A stretch of DNA of 63,925 bases, the filler included. It is 8 parts of 8 records of this genome, joined end to end, with 100 filler letters (N's around TTAATTAATTAA, not from the genome) between each part and the next. Parts side by side here need not be neighbours in the genome. Positions count along the whole stretch, not along the records: positions 40,052 to 45,699 come from SRR2962707_2844; positions 45,800 to 51,342 come from SRR2962707_2848; 6 more parts are not named here. One strand, 5' to 3'. Below are positions 40,486-51,442 of this stretch, piece after piece. Positions within the stretch are counted from its first letter, which is position 1, and every line of letters starts with the position of its first letter. The notes beneath the pieces were generated by a model, which was not told the origin of the DNA, did not search any database, and saw only the letters and a list, made by a program, of their open reading frames with translations. Made by a program: the position numbers and the translations under genes.

Positions 40486-42913
40486 ATGGAGCCCAATGAC
40501 CCCGTGTCTCCGGCTGTGGCCGTCGACGAACCACTGGTGGACAATGAGGCCGTACCGGTCAGCTTGGTGGCGCGAGAGCCTCAGGCCGACCAGCAGGCAC
40601 AAGAGGACGCTCAAGAAATGGAGCAAGACGATGATGCAGCTGTTGTACAATCGGAGAGTGTGCCAGAGATGAACGGCGTGAGTGGCAAGGACCAAGATGC
40701 CGATGGCGCCCCCGCCAAGTCGCAGGCTGTTGCTGTTGCTGCGCCCAGCAGTGGAGGGGCACTGGGGATGACATGTGCCCAGGGACATCTCTTGAAGCCC
40801 GCGAAGGCAGTGAACGCGAAGCAAGAGTTCACCTGCGACGCGTGCCGCCGGCCCCAACGCGGCGACATAATGCTAGGCTGTCGGCAGTGCAACTATGACA
40901 CCTGCCTCGGCTGTGCAGCAGCGCTGAACAATATGGACGTGGAGTGGCTGCGCGAGGAGGTTTCTGCAGCTGCCGACGCTGCTGCGAGCGAGATTGACAA
41001 GGAAGCATTCGATTTCTGCACGCGCCAGGCATTGTGTCCAATGACCTGCGTGAGCGACAAATGCCGCCTGCACCTGACCTCGACGTTGCTGCTGATCCTC
41101 TCCTTCTTCTTGTTTGCGGACCAGCAGCTGGTCGCCCCGAACTTGTCGCAAATCGGCGATTTTTTCAACTTGACGGGAGAGGACGCAGATTTTTATCTCG
41201 GTGGTCTCTTGCCACTGTGCTTCTTCGCCGTGGGTACCCCGGTCACGATTTTCATGGGACCCATCATTGACAAAGTGCACCGCCGAAACCTCTTTGTCAT
41301 CCTCATCTTCTTGGGAGAACTTCCCTGCATGTGCACGTTTTGGGTCAACGACATCTGGCAGCTCCTTCTCACACGAGCCATTACTGGAATGTCTATGGCC
41401 GGTGCCGAGCCGCTCATATTCTCCATGCTCAGCGACATGTGAGTTTTTACTTGCCGTGTGCTCCTCTTTAACAACTTTTGTGAGTTTGCTGACTGAGTGC
41501 ATGATTGCGGCTAATTTCAGGTACGGTGTGAAAGAGCGCAACGTGATGGCCAGCGTGATCACAATCGGGCAGGGGGCAGGATTGCTGGCGGGCCAGTCAC
41601 TGGCTGGATTTCTGGGCCCGACGTATGGGTGGAAGTTGCCGTTTCTGTTCGTCTCATGTCCATCCATGGCCTTCTCGCTACTTATGCTGTTGCTCGTGGA
41701 GGAGCCCGTGCGCGGCGCAGGCGAAGAGTCAGTACGCAATGCATCTGCGGAGGCCAAGGAACTGGATTCGGAATCCGCAGAGGTTGTCTACAATTCGTCT
41801 TTCACCTGCGAAAAACTGTGCCAAATCTTTCGAATTCCCACCAACATGCTGATTTACTGGAGCGAGATACCGGCCTCCATGGGATGGGGCGTTCTCTTCG
41901 CATTTTTGACCGACTACGTGGCCCAAGACAAGGCTTTTGGTGTCGAAAATGCCACGACTTGTGTCGCCATCTTGGGTGTTGGCCTTGCTGTTGGGGCAGT
42001 GGCCGGTGGCATCGTCGGGCAGCACTTGAACAACACCTGCCTCACCTTCCGCGGCTCAGTTTCTGTCCTGGTGGGAACCGCGAGCCTCCTTGGACCTTTG
42101 CCCTACTATTGGGTAATCTACGCGGACTTTGCATGCGAACTTGACATGACCGCGTGCTTGGATGAGTACAATGTGTCGTATGTGCCAACTGAAATCAACA
42201 CATCGGCCCCGGACGTCGTGGCAGCCCTAGCAACTTGCACGGATGCTTCCGAATTTTTTGTGTGCCCTCCTGTCACATGGGGCGTGCTTATCGTGCTTCT
42301 GTTTTTGTCAGGGCTATGCCTTGGTGTGCCCACGGCGAATGCACGGGCCATGCTCCTGAACACCAATTTGCCAGAGACACGCGGCACCGCCGTGGCCATC
42401 CTTGTTATTTTGTCCAACTTCGGCAAGGGTTTCGGCCCGTTGGTCGCCAGTTTGATGATCGGCAGCCTTGGGCGTCCAACATCCTTCACCGCCATTACAA
42501 TTGTATTCTCCTGTGCTGCTATCACCTATTTCGCAACGGCAGCCACGTATGGTCGGGACATTGCCAAGCAGGTGAAAATCGTCGAGCATCAGGTGCGCAT
42601 TCGCGGGCTGACGGACCAGAGTTTTGAAATGAAGGACTTGGCGGCCAAGCTGGAAGAAAATCTTGCCGCTCACAACCGCGCAGAGGCTGGCGAAACGGCG
42701 GTATCGGCGGATGAGGTGATTGTGCAGGAGAGTAAAGAAGCTCCGGATGAGGAAGCAGAAAAGGGGACCCCGTTGTCACACAGCCACACCAGCAAGCATC
42801 GTGTGTCACAGTCTTCTGACGATGATGCTAATGCCAGCGAGCAGGCTGAGCGTGATGGGGGCAACGACGACGGCAATAACGTGAGTGCGGGCATCGACAA
42901 CGACGGCGTTTGA
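40486..42913 (+). CDS. Eukaryotic MFS (Spinster-like) transporter with an N-terminal Cys-rich Zn finger; intron 41439-41520
   Basis: FADQQLVAPNL, motif-A-like GPIIDKVHRR, LLTRAITG, YGWKLPF and NLPETRG; the GT-AG intron restores the frame. Confidence 0.85.
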
Positions 42914-43371
42914 TTGGGTCGTGTCGTTGTTGTTACGGCTGCGTCCACCCCTCGGTGTACGGGCAGACATTGAATGGGCTGACAACTTGCTCCAGCAAAT
43001 GCTCAGCTACCTGCAGCTGAGGGACGAGTTTCGTGTAAAATATAAAGTCCCCCCCCCCTTTATTTTTTGCTGTTGTACCAAGTATTGGCTCGGCGTGTTT
43101 TGGTTTCTGCTGGCTGCTAGTTCCGCATTCCTCAATTCCGCACATGTACTCGTCTTACTTTTAAAATCCAAACACGATTCATAAGAGAACGGAGAGGGAT
43201 GCAGCTGCTTCCACACGCACACTCCTATGCACGGCGACAGTGGTGTTGGGACACCGTAACGGCAAACGACAAGACTCCTCTTGATTTTGGCGCGACATCA
43301 CGCATGCAGACACCCGAACAGTTTCATTTCATTGCTGTTGCGTCGTGCCCACCATCTTCCTCTGACCGAGC

Positions 43372-45532
43372 TTAACTTTCAGGTGGGCTCTTGGTTCCTC
43401 CACCAGTTCCTCTGCTTTGGTCCCTCACCTCGTCGGTGACACCATCGCTCCCATTCACCCCGCTGGCAACCAAGGAGTCCATGAGGAAAGCAACACGCTT
43501 GTGGAATGCAGCCCCATCATCATCGCCGTCGTCTTCCTGGTGAGCAAGAACACGGGTAGCGTGGCGGACTCGCTCATCGGTGGTGATTTGCGCTCGAATG
43601 CGCTTTAACGCCTCCTCGCGGTCCAGATTGTTTCGGGCCATTAGGCGATGGCAGGCAACTTCCTCAGGCACTGTAACAACCCACACTTCGTCGAAAGCAT
43701 CCATCCACCCAGCCTCCACTAAAACAGCAGCCTCAACAAAAATGAATCGGGGAAGCGGCCGATCGAGACACTCAGCCGATGTGGCACGTGGTCGCAGATT
43801 CGCCTTTATGGTCGCTACTTCCTCAACGATCCGTTGCCGAATGTGCGGCCATGTAATATCACAGAGGGCCTTCATCCGCTCCTTTGAGGAAAACACGATG
43901 TTGCCCAGCGCGCGCCGATTAATGGAGCCATCCGATGCAACGACTTTATTGCCAAACTCGTTCACGATGTCACGGTAGCAGCCGGTACCTTGCATGTAGC
44001 AGGCATGGCCGAGCTTATCCGCATCCACGGTAGGGCAGCCTCGTTGCTCCCGCAAAAAACGCATGAGCGTGCTCTTGCCCGAGGCGATGCCGCCAGTTAG
44101 TCCCACCACCAGGGGCTCTGGGTTCGAAGTCTCGTCCGTGTCTGGTCGTGGAAGCGGCGGCGCCTGCGCCTCACTTGCAGGGTCGTCGCTGTCATCGCCG
44201 AAACCAAAAAACACACCGGCACGTACCCATGAAAGTTGAAGGTCTGCCGATGGCTCTGGGTGCACGCCATACTCTTTGTTTGGCTTTGCTTTGACCATGA
44301 GAAAGCGGATGCCGGGAGCGACGGCGGCAAGCGCCGCGGAGAACCCAGCCAGAAGGTTCGCCTCAAAACGATCGTCTTTGCCTGGTCGGGCTGTGAGAGC
44401 ATTGCATGCAGCGTGGAAGTCATCCACGGGGATGGGGGCCCCGGCCACAACTTTCGCCAAAAGCTGAGGCACGGTTTTCAACAAGCAACAGAAGCAAAAA
44501 GTGAGACAAAGCCAATGTACGAAAAACATGTAAACACTCGCGGATGGAGAGCATACTAACCACATCGCGCTTTTCGTATTCCAGGTCGGGACCAAAGAGC
44601 TCGTTCACCACGTAACCGAAGGCCCCGTGGCAATAAAGCAGGCGCGCTGGTGAGGATGTCCCCGGAGCTGGGTCTGCGCCACTTTGAAAGCGTGTGCCGA
44701 AAACAGCACTGAACCGTTCCCGGAATGCATCAGCCGACTTGGCTCTGCCATCATCGGCATCCTCTTTTTCAGCTGCGGTGGGCTTGCAGCCAAGGAACGG
44801 GTCAAACGAGACTTGCAGTTTCCCGTGTCCATCGAGGGCATACAGCTGCGTCGAGGAACTGCCCACGCCAATTCCAGCGACAGAGCTGTGGGTTCCCGCC
44901 GCTCCATTTGGTGCATGCGGCGCGATTGTCGACAGATCATTCAAGCGAAAAAACGACGTTCCCTCAAGCCTCGCTTCCGCCGCTGTGGGAATCAGCGCGT
45001 AATCCCAGTCCTCCCCAAGTGCGGACCGCATCGCAGCGTACCATTGCGACCGCTGCTCGTGTGCGGCAGCGGAGTCCTGCAGCAACTTCGCCCGGATCTT
45101 TCCCGTCTGCCTGACAATCTTCTGGACATCCGCTGCCGCAACAGTGCCGCTCGGACAATGGGCCTCGACCATGGGCACCAAGTGCGTTTTGTAGCAGAGC
45201 GCGAGGAAGCCAGCGACCTCTCCGTAGCGCGCAGGATCGCACCCGCTGTAGTCCTCGAAGGTGCCTCCCGCGCGGTCGACCAGCTGGTCCACAAACGGGT
45301 GCTCTTCAAGGTACGTTTTGAGCTGCGGGTGGCCGTCGATGTCGCGCAGCAGCGTCCGCGCTTTCTCCGAGAAGTGCTGGACGACTATCCCGTGAGACGG
45401 AGAAAGAGCTTCTTGGCCGCCACCCGCTGCCTCCCCCTGCTCGTGGGCAGGAGGAGGGGGAGCAGGAGGCAGGATGTAGAGGTGGACGGTGAAGGACGCA
45501 CCGCCCTGGTCCACGACATACTTGATGGACAT
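43372..45532 (-). CDS. Fusion of a GDA1/CD39 (or Ppx-GppA)-like ASKHA domain with a C-terminal dephospho-CoA kinase; intron 44464-44560
   Basis: CoaE motifs VVGLTGGIASGKST, DADKLGH, INRRALG and EAAVL. The N-terminal part has apyrase-conserved-region-like motifs. A GTTAGT..CAG phase-0 intron joins the two ORFs. Confidence 0.75.
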
Positions 45533-45678
45533 AGACGGCGCAGTAGCCTCCAACCAAGCTCCTCCTCCTCCTCCTCCTCACGCACGTACGCACGCACGCA
45601 CGCACGAGAAACAAAGGACGTGGACAAAATAGGGCAGAGGCGAAATACTAGGGGCGGGAGGGAGGGGGAGGGACACAC

Positions 45679-45699
45679 GCACACACACACACACACACA
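45679..45699. repeat. (CA)n microsatellite at the contig end
   Basis: Read directly. Confidence 0.9.
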
Positions 45700-45799
45700 N
45701 NNNNNNNNNNNNNNNNNNNNNNNNNNNNNNNNNNNNNNNNNNNTTAATTAATTAANNNNNNNNNNNNNNNNNNNNNNNNNNNNNNNNNNNNNNNNNNNN
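45700..45799. other. Artificial contig spacer
   Basis: N run + TTAATTAATTAA + N run. Confidence 0.99.
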
Positions 45800-46884
45800 T
45801 TGTTGCCATCGGCTCCATCGTCATCGCGGCGATGCGGCAGGTCGGTTATACCAAGGATTTCGCAGCTGGTGTCATTTGTAACGCCGGTACTCTGGGCATC
45901 CTGATCCCGCCGTCCATCGTGATGGTGGTCTATGCCTCGGCCACTGACGTGTCGGTTGGGCGGATGTTCCTTGCTGGGGTGTTTCCGGGCCTGCTGGCTG
46001 GTGTGATGCTGATGGTGACGATCTATGTCATCGCCCGGATCAAGAACATGCCCAAGGGCGAATGGCGCGGCTGGGGTGAAGTGTCGGCCTCGTTCCGCGA
46101 TGCAGTCTGGGGCCTGCTATTGATCGTGATTATCATGGGCGGTATTTATGGCCACCCCTGGATCCGTTTCGAAGCAGGGCTTAGCCCAATTTACTGGCGT
46201 GGCGGGGCCTTTACACCGACCGAAGCCGCCGCTGTGGCTGCCGTCTATGCCTTTTTCGTTGCTACCTTCATCTACCGCGACATGGGTCCGCTGGCCGCAA
46301 CCGAGGAAGGGGGTCTTCCCCTGCCGCTTTACCGCAAGCCGCTGGCGATCTTCACGGCATTCTTTCACAAGGACACGCAAGCCACTTTGTTCGAAGGCGC
46401 CAAGCTGACCATCACGCTGATGTTCATCATTGCCAATGCGTTGCTGCTGAAACACGTGCTGACAGACGAACAGATCCCCCAGCATATCGCCAATGCGATG
46501 CTCAGTGCGGGGTTTGGCGCGGTGATGTTCCTGGTGATCGTCAATGTGATCCTGCTGATCGGCGGGCAGTTCATGGAACCCTCGGGTCTGATCGTGATCG
46601 TTGCACCGCTGGTGTTCCCGATCGCCATTCAGCTGGGGATCGACCCGATCCATCTGGGTATAATCATGGTCGTGAACATGGAAATTGGTATGATCACGCC
46701 ACCCGTCGGTCTGAACCTGTTCGTGACATCTGGTGTGGCGGGTATGTCGATCATGCGGGTGGTCAAGGCGGCGCTGCCGTTCCTGGCAGTGCTTTTCGTC
46801 TTCCTGATCATGATTACCTACATCCCGATCATCTCGACCTTCTTGCCCAATTCGATCATGGGGCCAGAGATTATCACAAACTGA
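45800..46884 (+). CDS. dctM: TRAP transporter large permease (5'-truncated)
   Basis: GTLGILIPPSI, FTPTEAAAVA, IDPIHLG and ITPPVGLNLFV. Confidence 0.93.
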
Positions 46885-46925
46885 CGTCTCTGAAGCGTGA
46901 TCGTCCGCGCTTTTCCTCCGGGAAT

Positions 46926-46963
46926 AAAAAAGGCGACGCCCTGTCATTGGGCGTCGCCTTTCT
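46926..46963. terminator. Rho-independent terminator, probably bidirectional, between the convergent dctM and tpiA
   Basis: Perfect 13-bp stem AAAGGCGACGCCC / GGGCGTCGCCTTT with a 7-nt loop and A/T-rich flanks. Confidence 0.85.
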
Positions 46964-47104
46964 CGTTGGGGGATGTGGGATATGCAGGGGAGTCATTTCA
47001 ACAGTAATTTTGCCCCCAACTAAGTCCGTCGGGAGTCGCGCTCGTGTCAAGGACGGGCCGCACAATGGCCCTCCTTGATACGGTCCGAATTTACGCGCGC
47101 CTGA

Positions 47105-47854
47105 TCAGGTGTTGGGTGCAGAGTTGAGCGCGCTTACAATGGGCATGAAATCCATTGCCTTCAGGCTCGCACCACCGACCAGTGCGCCATCCACATCCTG
47201 GACGGCAAAGATTTCGGCCGCGTTTGACGCTTTCACGCTGCCGCCATACAGCAGCCGCATGGCCCCGGCGATATCGTCGCCAAACCGGCTGGCGAGTTCG
47301 GTGCGCAAGAAGCGGTGTACCTCGGTGATCTGCTGCGTTGTCGGTACCTTGCCAGTGCCAATGGCCCAGATCGGTTCATATGCGATGACCAGATTGGCCC
47401 CGGTGCTTCCCTCGGGGACCGAGCCCTTGAGCTGTGCCGCCAGAACGTCCAGCGTGCTGCCATTCTCGCGCTGTTCCAGGCTCTCACCGATGCACAGGAT
47501 CACCTTTAGCCCTGCGGCCCAAGCGGCTTCGGTCTTGGTGGCGACATCGGCATCGGTTTCGCCGTGGTCCTGACGACGTTCGGAATGCCCGGTGATCACA
47601 TAAGTCGCGCCCGCATCGGCCAGCATCGGTGCTGATATATCGCCGGTATGCGCACCACCCTCGTTGGCGTGGCAATCCTGCGCGCCAATCGCGATGCCAG
47701 TCTTAAGGCCTGCACCTGCGTAGATCAGCGTGGCGGGGGGGCAGATCAGCACCTCGACCGTGCCCTTGGACATGCCCTGCATCGCGGCCAGTTCAGCCAA
47801 AGACACCTGCGTGCCGTTCATCTTCCAGTTACCTGCCGCCAGCTTGCGTCGCAT
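47105..47854 (-). CDS. tpiA: Triosephosphate isomerase
   Basis: [29 protein letters not shown] and LVGGASL. Confidence 0.97.
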   Translation of the reverse strand: MRRKLAAGNWKMNGTQVSLAELAAMQGMSKGTVEVLICPPATLIYAGAGLKTGIAIGAQDCHANEGGAHTGDISAPMLADAGATYVITGHSERRQDHGETDADVATKTEAAWAAGLKVILCIGESLEQRENGSTLDVLAAQLKGSVPEGSTGANLVIAYEPIWAIGTGKVPTTQQITEVHRFLRTELASRFGDDIAGAMRLLYGGSVKASNAAEIFAVQDVDGALVGGASLKAMDFMPIVSALNSAPNT

Positions 47855-48015
47855 ACATGATCCTTTTCCGTTGTTTCAAATCAGTCGTCGAGACGCGTAC
47901 AAGGCGGATTCCCGCCGGTGCTACCGCGCCTTTTGTAGGCAAAGATCAGGATCCTTGCGATTACCGCTTAGAAATAGAGACAGACCGCAGGCCCGGGTCC
48001 TACAGGTGGGACCGC

Positions 48016-48402
48016 TCAGACCTCGCCGCCCGCCTGCTCGGCTTCAAGCTCTGCTACGTCCTTGAACTTGATCGATTCACCGCAACCGCAGGCATCTGCA
48101 ACGTTGGGGTTGTTGAACCGGAATCCAGATTCCAACAGCGACGTAGCATAGTCGATTTCCGTGCCGAATAGAAACATCTGGGCCATCGGCGCAATCATCA
48201 CGCAGGCACCATTCTGTTCCACTACCTCGTCATGGGGGTCAGCGGTGTCGACATACTCCATCGTATATTCCATGCCCGCGCAACCGCCTTTTTTCACACC
48301 AATCCGCAGACCGGCGCGGTTGTCGCGCACCATCAGCCGGGTGATCTGAGTGATCGCTGCTGGGGTCATGGTGATCGGGGATTTGCCGGGAATGCCGAAC
48401 AT
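48016..48402 (-). CDS. iscA: A-type Fe-S carrier (IscA/SufA)
   Basis: GGCAGMEY and NPN..ACGCGES. Confidence 0.9.
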   Translation of the reverse strand: MFGIPGKSPITMTPAAITQITRLMVRDNRAGLRIGVKKGGCAGMEYTMEYVDTADPHDEVVEQNGACVMIAPMAQMFLFGTEIDYATSLLESGFRFNNPNVADACGCGESIKFKDVAELEAEQAGGEV

Positions 48403-48435
48403 ACGCGTAACTCCTGTGTTGCCTGTAATCTAAGG

Positions 48436-48990
48436 CTACCTGCCACCGGAAACAAGGGGGCGGGCCGGGCTGCCGCCGACCGTGGCCCCGGCGGGCACGT
48501 CGCGTGTTACCACACTACTGGCGCCGATGATGGCATCGTCCCCGATTGTCACGCCCGGCAGGATGATGGCACCACCGCCGATCCATACATTGCGGCCGAT
48601 GCGGATGGGGCGTCCCAATTCCAGCCCTGCTTCCCGGGTCTCGGCGTCGCGCGGATGGTCCGCCGTCAGGATCTGGACATAGGGACCAATCGCAGTCTTA
48701 TCCCCGATGGTGATCGGGCAGACATCCAGCAGCACACAGCCATAATTCAGGAACACGCCCTGGCCAAGGCGGATGTTGTATCCGTAATCCACGTAGACCG
48801 GCGCACGTATGGCAACGTCAACAGCGCCATTAAAGAGCTGCATTATCAAGGCTGCGCGTTCTGTATCGCCGACGATGGTCTGGTTATACGCCCGTTGCAG
48901 CCCCTGCGCGCGCACCCGGTCCGCAATCAGTTCAGCGTCACCCGGGCTGTACAACTTTCCGGCGGTCATTTTTTGCTTTTCGCTGGGCAT
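48436..48990 (-). CDS. maa: Maltose/sugar O-acetyltransferase (hexapeptide repeat)
   Basis: [16 protein letters not shown] and [16 protein letters not shown]. Confidence 0.85.
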   Translation of the reverse strand: MPSEKQKMTAGKLYSPGDAELIADRVRAQGLQRAYNQTIVGDTERAALIMQLFNGAVDVAIRAPVYVDYGYNIRLGQGVFLNYGCVLLDVCPITIGDKTAIGPYVQILTADHPRDAETREAGLELGRPIRIGRNVWIGGGAIILPGVTIGDDAIIGASSVVTRDVPAGATVGGSPARPLVSGGR

Positions 48991-49023
48991 CGGGCAGGGG
49001 CCTTTTGACAATCTACAGGCGTG

Positions 49024-49386
49024 CTACATGAACCCCAGTTCAAGCCGCGCTTCGTCCGACATCATATCCATGCCCCAGGGCGGATCAAAGACCATGTCCA
49101 CGTCCACGTGTTTGACCCCGGCAAGAGGTTCGATCGCCTCGGCGACCCAGCCCGGCATCTCTCCGGCGACGGGACAACCGGGGGCTGTCAGCGTCATGGT
49201 GACGTTAACCGCGTTCTCGGCAGAGATGTCGATCGTGTAAATCAGACCCAGATCATAGATATTGACGGGAATTTCAGGATCATAGACGCTGCGACAGGCC
49301 TCGACCACCTGATCGTAAAGCGGATGATCGGTGCTCGACGGCGGGATCAACGGCGCGCCTTCAAGCCTTGGGCTTGCGTCAGTCAT
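49024..49386 (-). CDS. sufT: DUF59/SufT Fe-S assembly protein
   Basis: VYDPEIPVNIYDLGLIY, TLTAPGCP and PPW. Confidence 0.9.
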   Translation of the reverse strand: MTDASPRLEGAPLIPPSSTDHPLYDQVVEACRSVYDPEIPVNIYDLGLIYTIDISAENAVNVTMTLTAPGCPVAGEMPGWVAEAIEPLAGVKHVDVDMVFDPPWGMDMMSDEARLELGFM

Positions 49387-49548
49387 GGACGGTCCTTCCA
49401 ACTCTTACCTGAGCATTCATATAGGGAATGGGCCCGTCGGCGTAAAGGGTAGCGTTTACCGCGCCAAGGTCATTATGAGGTCCTGGGGGCAAGAAACATT
49501 TGACCCGCAGAGGCAACATCCCGACAAAAACAATCCCCTCAGACCGTG

Positions 49549-50964
49549 TTACTCCGACAGCTTGCGCTTGCGCACCGGCGCGGGGCGCACCCGCTCCTCG
49601 ATATGATCATACAGCATTCCAGCGATGTTTTTCTTCGACGCCTTCTCGATGCCTTCCAGACCGGGGCTCGAGTTCACTTCCAGCACCTTCGGGCCGGTGT
49701 CTGAGCGCAGAAGATCCACCCCGGCCAGGTTCAGCTTAAAGGCCCGCGCCGCGCGGATCGCGACATCGCGCTCTTCGCGGGTGATGCGCACCACGGTGGC
49801 TGAACCGCCCTGGTGCAGGTTTGACCGGAAATCGCCCTCTGCCCCCGTGCGCTTCATCGCGGCCACCACTTTGCCACCGACGACAAGACAGCGCACATCC
49901 TCGCCCGCAGATTCCTTGACGAAATCCTGTACCAGAAAATTCGCCCGCAAACCGCGAAAGGCGTCGATAACCGATTGTGCGGCCTTTTTCGTCTCGGCCA
50001 GCACAACGCCCTTGCCTTGGGTGGATTCCAAAAGCTTCACGATCAGCGGCGCGGTTCCCACCAGCCGCATCAGCGAATCCGTGTCCTTGGGGGACGACGC
50101 GAATGCCGTGTTTGGCATCCCGATCCGGTGCTGCGCCATCAGCTGGTGCGCATGCAATTTGTCACGCGACGCGGTGATGCCTTCGGACCCATTTACGCAG
50201 AAGGTGCCGATCGTTTCAAACTGCCGGATCACAGCCGTGCCGTAAGACGTCACAGACGCGCCGATGCGCGGGATTACAGCGTCATAGCGCGGCAACCGCT
50301 TTCCGTCGTAATGCACCTCTGGTGCCATGGCGTTGATCGCCATGTAACAGCGCGTGGTGTCGATCACCTCGACCGTATGGCCACGTGTTTCGCCCTCTTC
50401 CACCAGCCGCCGGGTGGAATAGTTGTCTTCCCGGCTCAGCACGGCCACCCGCAACGCCCGCTTTGGCGCAGCCCGTCGCACTTCGAGCGACGAATATACA
50501 TCATAGCTCAGCTCGGGCTGACAGAACTTTTCGGTGGCGACGATGGTGATGTGATCCTTCAGCGCCTCGCGTCCCAGCAGCATCCGCGAATTCATCCTGT
50601 CGCGGTTGGTTAGCGTGACCTCGATCGGCCATTCTTCGCCGCCAACGCGCAGGGTCGATCCGATGACGTAGCGGCTTTCGCTTTCGCCATTGGAAGATAC
50701 CACAGATCGGCGGTCCAAGATCGCCGCCGAACAGTTGATGATCAGATCGTCGCGCCCCGGAATGGGGTGCACCGTGAACCGCACGCGCGGCGCGCTGGCC
50801 GATCCGAAAGTTTCTATGTCAAAGGCATGCAGGGCGCTGGTCTTGGCCCCGGTGTCGACCTTTGCCCGCAGTGCAGGCATTCCAAGGTCCGGCAGTGCGA
50901 CCCATTCCTCCCATCCGAAACGGATCAGATCGGGGGTCGCGGGAATGTCGTCGGTCATGGTCAC
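49549..50964 (-). CDS. rimK: RimK ATP-grasp ligase fused to an N-terminal RimB-like putative aspartyl protease
   Basis: N-terminal [19 protein letters not shown] and MLLGR; C-terminal IPRIGAS, RDKL, GKGV, FRSNLH and EVNSSPG. AGGAG lies 8 nt before the GTG start. Confidence 0.9.
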   Translation of the reverse strand: MTMTDDIPATPDLIRFGWEEWVALPDLGMPALRAKVDTGAKTSALHAFDIETFGSASAPRVRFTVHPIPGRDDLIINCSAAILDRRSVVSSNGESESRYVIGSTLRVGGEEWPIEVTLTNRDRMNSRMLLGREALKDHITIVATEKFCQPELSYDVYSSLEVRRAAPKRALRVAVLSREDNYSTRRLVEEGETRGHTVEVIDTTRCYMAINAMAPEVHYDGKRLPRYDAVIPRIGASVTSYGTAVIRQFETIGTFCVNGSEGITASRDKLHAHQLMAQHRIGMPNTAFASSPKDTDSLMRLVGTAPLIVKLLESTQGKGVVLAETKKAAQSVIDAFRGLRANFLVQDFVKESAGEDVRCLVVGGKVVAAMKRTGAEGDFRSNLHQGGSATVVRITREERDVAIRAARAFKLNLAGVDLLRSDTGPKVLEVNSSPGLEGIEKASKKNIAGMLYDHIEERVRPAPVRKRKLSE

Positions 50965-51302
50965 GCCTGTCGCTCCTAAGGGGTCCTCAGCCCTAGCAAG
51001 CAGGACGTGACACCGCAAGGCGTGTCTATCGAGCCGATATGACCTTTGTGTTACAGCAGGTGGGGGAGGCAGAATATGCCGGCACAAGTGGTCTCTCGAT
51101 CTGGCGGTAGTGCGGTCAGGGCCTGGACCACCGATTCCTTGAAACTTGGCAGACTCCTGCGGTGATCGGCGTCAGTTCGCCCACGACGGAAGATTCGCAG
51201 GGAAAAACCCGCTCGCTATTCTGGAATAGCGCATCGCACACGACACTCGAAACACGCATCAACTACCTGATAACAGGGGTTATGCGATACATTGCGTTGG
51301 AA

Positions 51303-51342
51303 TGGTGGGTGATGAGAGGCTCGAACTCCCGACATCTTCGGT
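51303..51342 (-). tRNA. 3' half of a tRNA, most likely tRNA-Val, cut by the contig end
   Basis: Reverse complement ACCGAAGATGTCGGGAGTTCGAGCCTCTCATCACCCACCA shows a T-arm GTTCGA and CCA end. The anticodon lies outside the contig, so Val is inferred from the acceptor stem. Confidence 0.8.
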
Positions 51343-51442
51343 NNNNNNNNNNNNNNNNNNNNNNNNNNNNNNNNNNNNNNNNNNNNTTAATTAATTAANN
51401 NNNNNNNNNNNNNNNNNNNNNNNNNNNNNNNNNNNNNNNNNN
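51343..51442. other. Artificial contig spacer
   Basis: N run + TTAATTAATTAA + N run. Confidence 0.99.

Noticed and set aside
51090-51302. Integrated element at the tRNA 3' end
   Set aside because: No integrase or duplicated tRNA end is seen, and housekeeping genes follow directly.
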